Shown piece by piece: positions 57,674-64,000 of a DNA stretch of 64,000 nt. The stretch spans positions 24,360 through 88,359 of the forward strand of contig JAFSCR010000029.1 in NCBI GenBank assembly GCA_017436645.1. Direction: 5' to 3'. Position numbers and translations under genes: made by a program. The notes beneath the pieces were generated by a model. It saw nothing but the letters and a program-made list of their open reading frames with translations, was not told the DNA's origin and did no database searches. The number at the start of each line of letters is the position of its first letter. Position 1 is the first letter of the stretch. The DNA comes from Clostridia bacterium. Its GTDB lineage: Bacteria; Bacillota; Clostridia; UMGS1883; UMGS1540.

Positions 57674-57704
57674 AAAAAAAGCATCCCTAAAGGATGCTTT
57701 TTTT
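57674..57704. terminator. Bidirectional terminator downstream of tRNA-Arg
   Basis: A7-GCATCC-CTAAA-GGATGC-T7. Confidence 0.85.
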
Positions 57705-57706
57705 GA

Positions 57707-57783
57707 TGGCGCGCCGTAAGAGATTCGAACTCCTGACCTTATGGTCCGTAGCCATACGCTCTATCCAGCTGAGCTAACGGCGC
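57707..57783 (-). tRNA. tRNA-Arg (anticodon ACG), with encoded CCA
   Basis: Manual cloverleaf of the reverse complement: acceptor GCGCCGT/ACGGCGC, D arm GCTC..GAGC, anticodon stem TATGG/CCATA with loop CTACGGA, T arm AGGAG-TTCGAAT-CTCTT, and 3-prime GCCA. Confidence 0.93.
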
Positions 57784-57807
57784 ATGCTCTCTCGAGCTGA
57801 CCTAGGT

Positions 57808-57836
57808 ATTATACCACGGCTATTTGGAAAATGCAA
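57808..57836 (-). promoter_or_regulatory. Promoter of tRNA-Arg with an extended -10
   Basis: On the minus strand: TTGCAT (57836-57831), a 17-nt spacer ending in TGG, then TATAAT (57813-57808). Confidence 0.65.
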
Positions 57837-57862
57837 GTGTTTTTTTAAATATTTTAGAAAAT

Positions 57863-60094
57863 TTATAGTTTTTCTATTTCTGAAAGAAGAGAAATGCATA
57901 TATCGGCGTTTTCTTCCGCTTTTTTCAAAAGCGCTTCAGCCTTTTGGGAAAGGGCTGTGCGGATTTCGTCTCCCGCTGTGCAGATTTCGTCCATAAAGCG
58001 GCAAACAGCCTCCGTTTCTATCTCACGGATATCACAAATGCGGTCCTGCCCGATATATTCCATAAAGCCCCGTACTTTCGGGTCATAGGAAAGACCAATA
58101 ACAGGTACGCCGCCGCCTGCCGCATAAATAAGGGCATGCAGGCGCATACCGATTAACGCTGTGCATTCCCGCACAACGCCCATAATTTCCGAAACGGTAT
58201 GATTTTCAGAAAGAGAATAAAGCTTTGTTTTCATCTCCCCCGAAAGCTTTTGTGCAAAGAAAGCATCCGCCTTCTTTTTCATGGGGATAAAGAGCGGCAC
58301 CATGCCGTATTTTTCTGCGGCATAGTCGATGCAAAATGCAAGTTTACGGCAAAAATTGCGGTCCGATTCGTTCCAGTCACGAACAGAAACGGCAAGGTAG
58401 GCTTTTTCTGCCCCTGCCCCTTCCTTTTCCAAAATGGCACGGGCCGTTTCTTTGGAAACGGCAGGCAGAGAAAGTGCCGGGTCCGCCGTAAGCTTTACGT
58501 TTTGATTCTGTATGCCGAGTGCTTCAATCTCACGAAGGGAGGCCTCGTCACGAAGGGTAATCTGCGCCGCCGCCTCAAGGGCACGGGCGGCTCTTTTGCA
58601 GTTGGCGCCATGGAGGGGGCCAATGCCGTTTGCATATACATAAACGGCCGCACCCTTTTTTCGTGCCAGATGCATCACATACAGATAGTACCAAAGGGAT
58701 TTGGAGCTTGTTTTGTCCTGCAAGAGACTTCCGCCGCCGTTTATAAGAATATGGGTTTTCCCAAGGTAACGGGACAAAGACACGGGAGAAAAGCGGTGCA
58801 CCGCATCCACGCCGTACTGCCGCATGGTTTCTTTCGGTCTTGCCGAGAAGACGATGGGGCGAATTTCCGGCTTTTTGGCCTTAAGGCTTTTTAAAATGGC
58901 TTCGAGGAGCGCATCGTCCCCACTATTATGAAAGCCGTAATAGCCGCTTAAAGCAACGTCATATTCCTTTTTGCTTGCAAAGTCACGGAGGATTGCCTTG
59001 TAAATGCCCATATGGGTGCGGGCAAGGTTTTCGTTTGAGAAGTTTTCCGTGGCAAGACGGTAGAGCGCCTCGCCGTACATTTCCTGTTTTTCTTTGTCCT
59101 GCGCCAGCATGAGAATTTTCTCCGCAAAGGCTTTATAATCCTCCGAAGGGAACAGAAGGCCTGTTTCCCCGTCACGGATAAGGTCAGGAATGCCGCCGAC
59201 GGCCGCACTTATGGTGGGCTTTTTCATTCTTGCCCCTTCAAGAAGTACATAAGGAAAGCTTTCGCTTCTTGAAGAAAGGGTATTCATATCAATGAAATTT
59301 ATAAAGCTGTAAATATCTTTTATAAAACCGATGAAATACAGTTTATCGGCAATACCGACTTCTTCGGCAAGGCGTAATAGTTCTTCTCTGCCCTCCCCGT
59401 CCCCTGCGATCAGAAAGCGGAGAGAAGGGTCCTTTTCTGCCGAGAGGGCTGCGGCACGGATAAACACGTCATGCCCTTTTACAAAGTCATGCCGCCCGAT
59501 AAGGCCCACATAGGTAAAAGAGGGGTCATAAGGGACGCCCACTCTTTTGGCAAACGCCTCTTTTTCCTCGAAAACCATCTGCCCCGAATAATCCATGCCG
59601 TTATAGACGGTGAAAATTTGATTGGGCCGGAAATTTCTCGAAATGAGCATATTCCGAAAACTGGAGGAAACAGCAATATAATAATCCATCTTTCGAAGGG
59701 ATAGGATGTTAAGGCCCGTGTAGACAAGCTTACGGTAAAGCCCGTCAAAGTCAAGTCTATAGTCACTATGGACGGTGGTGACCACAGGAACGTGCACCCG
59801 TTTTTTTAAAAAAGATGCAATAAAGTTTGCACGGGCGCCGTGTGCATGCACCACCTGAAACTTTTCTTCCGTAATCAATTTTGCAAGTTCTGATACTACG
59901 GACAGGTCAAACCGGCTTTTTTGCTCGATAAGTACAGCCTCTACCCCTCTTTCCCGAATCTCATCGAAAAAGGCGCCGGGCATAAGGCAAACAATTTTCA
60001 CTTCCGCCATATTTTTCAGCGCATCGAGAAGGGCAAAAACGTGGGTTTTTGCGCCGCCCGTATCGCCGCCGCTGATAAGATGCAAAACTTTCAT
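57863..60094 (-). CDS. Fusion of a GT4-family glycosyltransferase and a CsaB-type polysaccharide pyruvyl transferase
   Basis: The N-terminal ~370 aa is GT4 (MKVLHLISGGDTGGAKTHV, ESFPYVLLEGARMKKP). The C-terminal ~370 aa is CsaB-like (LSGYYGFHNSGDDALLEAIL, INGGGSLLQD). Confidence 0.8.
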   Translation of the reverse strand: MKVLHLISGGDTGGAKTHVFALLDALKNMAEVKIVCLMPGAFFDEIRERGVEAVLIEQKSRFDLSVVSELAKLITEEKFQVVHAHGARANFIASFLKKRVHVPVVTTVHSDYRLDFDGLYRKLVYTGLNILSLRKMDYYIAVSSSFRNMLISRNFRPNQIFTVYNGMDYSGQMVFEEKEAFAKRVGVPYDPSFTYVGLIGRHDFVKGHDVFIRAAALSAEKDPSLRFLIAGDGEGREELLRLAEEVGIADKLYFIGFIKDIYSFINFIDMNTLSSRSESFPYVLLEGARMKKPTISAAVGGIPDLIRDGETGLLFPSEDYKAFAEKILMLAQDKEKQEMYGEALYRLATENFSNENLARTHMGIYKAILRDFASKKEYDVALSGYYGFHNSGDDALLEAILKSLKAKKPEIRPIVFSARPKETMRQYGVDAVHRFSPVSLSRYLGKTHILINGGGSLLQDKTSSKSLWYYLYVMHLARKKGAAVYVYANGIGPLHGANCKRAARALEAAAQITLRDEASLREIEALGIQNQNVKLTADPALSLPAVSKETARAILEKEGAGAEKAYLAVSVRDWNESDRNFCRKLAFCIDYAAEKYGMVPLFIPMKKKADAFFAQKLSGEMKTKLYSLSENHTVSEIMGVVRECTALIGMRLHALIYAAGGGVPVIGLSYDPKVRGFMEYIGQDRICDIREIETEAVCRFMDEICTAGDEIRTALSQKAEALLKKAEENADICISLLSEIEKL

Positions 60095-60119
60095 GTTTCT
60101 TCCTCTTTATCTTAGAGTT

Positions 60120-61652
60120 CTATTTCTGTTCTTTTGCAAGTTTTACCGCCGCCATAGCGATGCCTGCACATATAAAGAATGCCAGCATAACTCTCGGGTA
60201 AAACCAGGTATATTCCACAAATCCGATGGCCGTAATCCCTGCCATGGATGCGGCCGCAGCACAGAGTACAGCACGGAGGCTGCCCTTCGCCTTTCCTGCC
60301 CACACGGCTGTGCGGCGGACAAGGCTTACAGAAAACCATAAAATGGCCAAAAGACCGAGAATTCCCATTTCCGCAAGCATTTCCATAAACTGCATATGGG
60401 TATGGGGTGCTACACGGGATTCACCGATGGCATAGCCGGGATAAACAGTTGTAAACGCCCCTGCACCAAGGCCTGTGCCGTAGAGCCAGTAACCGTCACG
60501 AAGCATGGCAATACTGCCCGTCCAGATATCCACACGGTAGGAGCTTGAGGAATCCTCAAGATTTCCTATGGTGAGAATCCGGTTTAAAATGCTTTCGGGA
60601 AGAAGGGGAATACAGAGAATACCCACTAAAATTACAATGGGTAACAGTTTTTTATTGTAAAGGGCGATAAACACCAGCACCGCCACCAAAAAGGCCAGCC
60701 AGCCGGAGCGGGAATAGGTCAGAAGAAGGGCCAGCACCGCCAAAATAACAGCGAGGAACCCGAAGCCTTTTTTGACTGCATGTTTCTCCGTCAGCATCCA
60801 TGCAAAGGTGAAGGGGGTAAAGAGCATTAAAAACTCTGCAAAGTTATTGGGATTACCCAGTGTACTGAAAACTCTGCCCGGCATATTGGCGTTCAGCTCT
60901 AAATCCGTAAGAGATGCATCGGCTTCCACGCCGAGGACTCTCTGGACAATGCCGTAAGCTGCTGTTACAAACACAGCCAGCGCCATAAAGGACAAAAGCT
61001 TTCTGATGCTTTCTTCATTTTTGCAGGTGCCGGAAACCAGAATGCAAAGAAGGAAGGCTGTTACAAAGAACACCGCCACACGGATGCTGTCCCCCACATC
61101 AAGGGACCCGATGACGCTGTAAAGCGTAATAAAGATAAAGAACAGGAAGGGAAGCCAAATGCCCTTCACGCTCCTTCCCAGCTCCTTTTTGCCGCTGAGG
61201 ATGCACAGGAAATAGACGAGGAAAAGACCGGCCGCGAGTACGCTTGCATATAAATTATTCCAGAAGTCGTGCGGAACGGCAAAAATCACGAAAACGGCCA
61301 CGGCCAGAAGCGTTTCCATATGCAAGACATAGGACCCCATCACGGCCGAGTCGAATATTTTACGGTTTACGCTTTCCGTATTCAGTTGCCTTATTTTTTC
61401 ATAAATCCGCCCGAAAAAGCGGAGAATGCCTTGCCACAAGCGGTCCAGCGCCCCATAGAAGACAGAGCCTTCCGCATAGGCGTCCACGCTCTTCTCCCGA
61501 CAGAAAATTTTGCCGAGGACGCTTCCCCGAAAGCTGCGCCCGATAAAATCGAGAACGGCGGAAACGGCACGGATGATGCAGGAATCCATGGCAAGATGGT
61601 AAAGGCGCACGAAAAACGAAAGGATTACACTTTCGGAAATCATATTTTCCAC
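60120..61652 (-). CDS. O-antigen ligase / polymerase-like (Wzy_C domain) membrane protein
   Basis: 510 aa and polytopic. The central LLLTYSRSGWLAFLVAV motif is typical of the O-antigen ligase family. Confidence 0.75.
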   Translation of the reverse strand: MENMISESVILSFFVRLYHLAMDSCIIRAVSAVLDFIGRSFRGSVLGKIFCREKSVDAYAEGSVFYGALDRLWQGILRFFGRIYEKIRQLNTESVNRKIFDSAVMGSYVLHMETLLAVAVFVIFAVPHDFWNNLYASVLAAGLFLVYFLCILSGKKELGRSVKGIWLPFLFFIFITLYSVIGSLDVGDSIRVAVFFVTAFLLCILVSGTCKNEESIRKLLSFMALAVFVTAAYGIVQRVLGVEADASLTDLELNANMPGRVFSTLGNPNNFAEFLMLFTPFTFAWMLTEKHAVKKGFGFLAVILAVLALLLTYSRSGWLAFLVAVLVFIALYNKKLLPIVILVGILCIPLLPESILNRILTIGNLEDSSSSYRVDIWTGSIAMLRDGYWLYGTGLGAGAFTTVYPGYAIGESRVAPHTHMQFMEMLAEMGILGLLAILWFSVSLVRRTAVWAGKAKGSLRAVLCAAAASMAGITAIGFVEYTWFYPRVMLAFFICAGIAMAAVKLAKEQK

Positions 61653-61653
61653 C

Positions 61654-62136
61654 TTATTCCTTTACAGAAATATCCTGCACACGAAGGTAAAGCTTTGCAT
61701 CGCCTGCATAAAGCACCATGCTGTGACCGACACCGTAAAGCTCACCGCCGACTTTGGCACCAACATCGGTTTTCGTGCCGAGCACTTCGCCTGTAATGGT
61801 CATGGATTTGTAGCCGTCACGGGAAGACAGAACATACTGCCCGTCCGCATTAAGACCCCATGTTTTGGAGGGTGCTGTCTCCACATTGGTGACAACGCCT
61901 AAATTTTGTTCATAGGTGCCGTCATAAAGTGCGTCACCCACTTTTACGTTTTCCGTAACCCATGTGTCAATTTCTTCGATATGGAACTTCATCTGGAGTG
62001 TCTGTGCGTCCGTTCCTCTGCCGCCGCCGAGGAATTTAACGCCTAAAATGGCGATGGCAGCGACTAAAATCACCAGAATCAAAAAGTCAATGATGTTGAT
62101 TTTGCCAAAGAGTTTTCCCTTTTTGTCAATAAACAT
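61654..62136 (-). CDS. DUF4330-like membrane-anchored protein
   Basis: 160 aa. The FGKINIIDFLILVILVAAIAIL N-terminal anchor is followed by a beta-rich domain. The family assignment is tentative. Confidence 0.45.
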   Translation of the reverse strand: MFIDKKGKLFGKINIIDFLILVILVAAIAILGVKFLGGGRGTDAQTLQMKFHIEEIDTWVTENVKVGDALYDGTYEQNLGVVTNVETAPSKTWGLNADGQYVLSSRDGYKSMTITGEVLGTKTDVGAKVGGELYGVGHSMVLYAGDAKLYLRVQDISVKE

Positions 62137-62150
62137 AGCAATCGTCCTTT

Positions 62151-63245
62151 CTATTTTTCAAGCACTTCTTCATACACTTTATATATTTTATCCAGAATAT
62201 GGTCAAGGTTAAACACGTTTTTAATGGCACGGCGGCCGTTTTCGCTGTATTTTTTGCAAAGCGCTTTATCCTTTGCAAGGGTGGTGATGGCATTTGCCAT
62301 CCCGTCCGTGTCGCCGTATTCCACCAGAATACCGCAGTCATTTTGGGGGTTTATAATATCCCCGTTGCCGCCGATATTGGTGGCAATAACGGGAAGGCCT
62401 GCGCCGAGTGCTTCCAAAATGGCAAAGCTTAAAGCCTCATAGCATTTTGCAGAATTGATAAAGATATCGCTTCCGGCAAGTAGGTTCGGTGCATCCTTAC
62501 GGAAGCCCAGCTGAAGGATTCTTTTTTCAAGTCCCATTTCCTGAATTTTCGTGCGGATTTCCTCGAAAAGCTCCCCGTCCCCTGCAATGAGGCAGACGAA
62601 GGGAATATCCTCGGGCACTTTTGCGATGGAATCCACAAGATAGGGAAGGCCCTTTGCAATATGGTATCTTGCCAATGTGACGGCAACGAAGGTATCTTCG
62701 GGTATGCCCAGTTCTTCTCTGATTGTGCTCGTCTTATCCGTTTGCATGTCCGATTCAAAAAGGCCGTTGAAAATAACCTGAATTTTTTCTTCGGGCACGC
62801 CGTTACCGATAAGCAGCTCCTTGCCGTTATTGCAAACGGAAATAATGGCGTCATCGTGCTTTGTGATGATGGGGTTTGTGATGCGCCAGAGGAGATTGGT
62901 CTTGAGCGTTAGGTGGCAGGTGTAAATGACACGGGTTTCGGGGCGGTAGCGCTTTGAAAGCACCGCCACGTAGTTTTCCCTCGGGTACTGGGTGTGAATA
63001 ATATCAATTTTATACTTTTCGCAAAGTGCAGCAAGCTTTTTTGCCGCCTTCAGGTCAAAGGGGGATTTCATTTCAATCTGGCAGGTGGGAATGCCCATTT
63101 CTTTCATCTGGTCAAGAAGGAGTCCCGGCTCATTGTAAGCAAAGAAGCACTCTGCCTTTTCGTTTTTGTAGGCATTGACAAGGTTATACACGTACTTTTC
63201 CGTGCCGGCCTTTCCGGCGTGGTTTATAAGATATAATACCCGCAT
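62151..63245 (-). CDS. GT4-family glycosyltransferase
   Basis: Start at ATG 63245 (MRVLYLINHAGKAGTEKYV). Contains an EALSFAILEALGAGLPVIAT E-x7-E region. Confidence 0.88.
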   Translation of the reverse strand: MRVLYLINHAGKAGTEKYVYNLVNAYKNEKAECFFAYNEPGLLLDQMKEMGIPTCQIEMKSPFDLKAAKKLAALCEKYKIDIIHTQYPRENYVAVLSKRYRPETRVIYTCHLTLKTNLLWRITNPIITKHDDAIISVCNNGKELLIGNGVPEEKIQVIFNGLFESDMQTDKTSTIREELGIPEDTFVAVTLARYHIAKGLPYLVDSIAKVPEDIPFVCLIAGDGELFEEIRTKIQEMGLEKRILQLGFRKDAPNLLAGSDIFINSAKCYEALSFAILEALGAGLPVIATNIGGNGDIINPQNDCGILVEYGDTDGMANAITTLAKDKALCKKYSENGRRAIKNVFNLDHILDKIYKVYEEVLEK

Positions 63246-63246
63246 A

Positions 63247-63777
63247 TTATCCGTCCTTTCTGTTCTTAATAATCCGTGCAGGGTTGCCGCCGACAACGGC
63301 ATAGTCCGGCACGTCCTTTGTAACAACGGCGCCGCCTGCAATAATGCAGCCGTCACCTATGGTAATACCGGGGAGAATAATTACGTTCGCCCCGATCCAA
63401 ACGTCATTTCCAATGGTTACTTTATGTTTCGGCGCCGTCTGCAGGCGCATCGGGCGGCTTAAATCGGACGTTTCGTGGTTCTGGGTGACAATGGTCACAT
63501 TTGGTGCCATCATCACATCATCCCCGATGGAGAGAGGCCCTGCCACTCTGCAGCCGATGCCGAGGCCTGAGTTATTCCCGATGGAAATATCCTTGCCCGA
63601 GGCAAAGAAGGCACCGTGCTCGATATTGACGTTTTTGCCGCAATGGTCCAGCATCCCTTTTGCAAAAAAGCGGCGGATGTGGCCGGCACCGAGGCTATAG
63701 GGAAGGCCTGTTGATGGAAGGTGCCTTGCAAAGCAGTAATAAAAGAAATAGGAAATGGTGCGGATGATTTTTTTCAT
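63247..63777 (-). CDS. Hexapeptide-repeat (LbH) O-acetyltransferase
   Basis: Repeated [LIV]G-x4 hexapeptides (IGNDVWIGANVIILPGITIGDGCIIAGGAVV). Confidence 0.88.
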   Translation of the reverse strand: MKKIIRTISYFFYYCFARHLPSTGLPYSLGAGHIRRFFAKGMLDHCGKNVNIEHGAFFASGKDISIGNNSGLGIGCRVAGPLSIGDDVMMAPNVTIVTQNHETSDLSRPMRLQTAPKHKVTIGNDVWIGANVIILPGITIGDGCIIAGGAVVTKDVPDYAVVGGNPARIIKNRKDG

Positions 63778-64000
63778 ATGTTCTGCTCCTTTTTCCGTTT
63801 GGGAAGTAGTCCCATGAAAAGTGCCAGAATGCCGTAAATGATAACGCCGGAAATACAGGGTACTATAAGGCGAACGATGCGAAGGGACAAGGCATCACCC
63901 GAAAGTGATGCGGAAAGGGCACCGTTTATAAGCGTTACCAGAATAAACATAATCACGGCGGCAATCACACTTTTTATAAATGTGGTCAGAATCCCTTCCC
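63774..64000 (-). CDS. C-terminal end of a polytopic membrane protein (probably a Wzx/MurJ-type flippase), truncated by the window edge
   Basis: The frame stays open to position 64000 (upstream codons read ..EGILTTFIKSV..). It is hydrophobic with a basic tail. The function is inferred from cluster context only. Confidence 0.4.
   Translation of the reverse strand, partial: EGILTTFIKSVIAAVIMFILVTLINGALSASLSGDALSLRIVRLIVPCISGVIIYGILALFMGLLPKRKKEQNI

Overview
This is a core chromosomal segment of a Firmicutes/Clostridia-type anaerobe, judged from gene content, AGGAGG ribosome-binding sites and TTGACA/TATAAT promoters; the exact taxon cannot be determined here. Most of the window is housekeeping. 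It holds the rpmG-secE-nusG-rplK-rplA-rplJ-rplL cluster with an rplJ leader attenuator, and the rimP-nusA-ylxR-L7Ae-infB-rbfA-nrnA-truB-ribF-asnS block. It also holds rplM-rpsI-hup, rqcH, dinB and one tRNA-Arg(ACG). Metabolic content includes a five-gene nfnAB-hydCBA operon (Nfn transhydrogenase plus a trimeric [FeFe] hydrogenase) with a Rex-box-like promoter. There is an amino-acid ABC transporter and a tandem glycine riboswitch in front of an Na+/alanine-glycine symporter. A nagA / nagB-like / ceramidase-like trio and an AraC-linked operon of poorly characterised enzymes (DUF1446, DUF4387, M81/MlrC, two-subunit Fe-S hydro-lyase) are also present. The window ends in a cell-wall polysaccharide cluster (GT4-CsaB fusion, O-antigen-ligase-like, GT4, acetyltransferase). 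By eye (not computed), three short AT-rich islets interrupt the roughly balanced-GC background: a MATE-like gene, an HTH-HATPase-STAS gene and a four-helix-bundle gene. The most unusual signals are non-coding. Two intergenic arrays consist of a short motif repeated in forward and then reverse-complement orientation, interleaved with mini-hairpins of unrelated sequence; these fold on paper into stacked four-way junctions. Separately, a pair of modular, hairpin-rich repeats in inverted orientation brackets the 8.1-kb permease-hydrogenase-nfn segment. A 5-prime fragment of a sigG-type sporulation sigma factor gene is also present. No CRISPR array, transposase, integrase or recognisable defence operon was seen.
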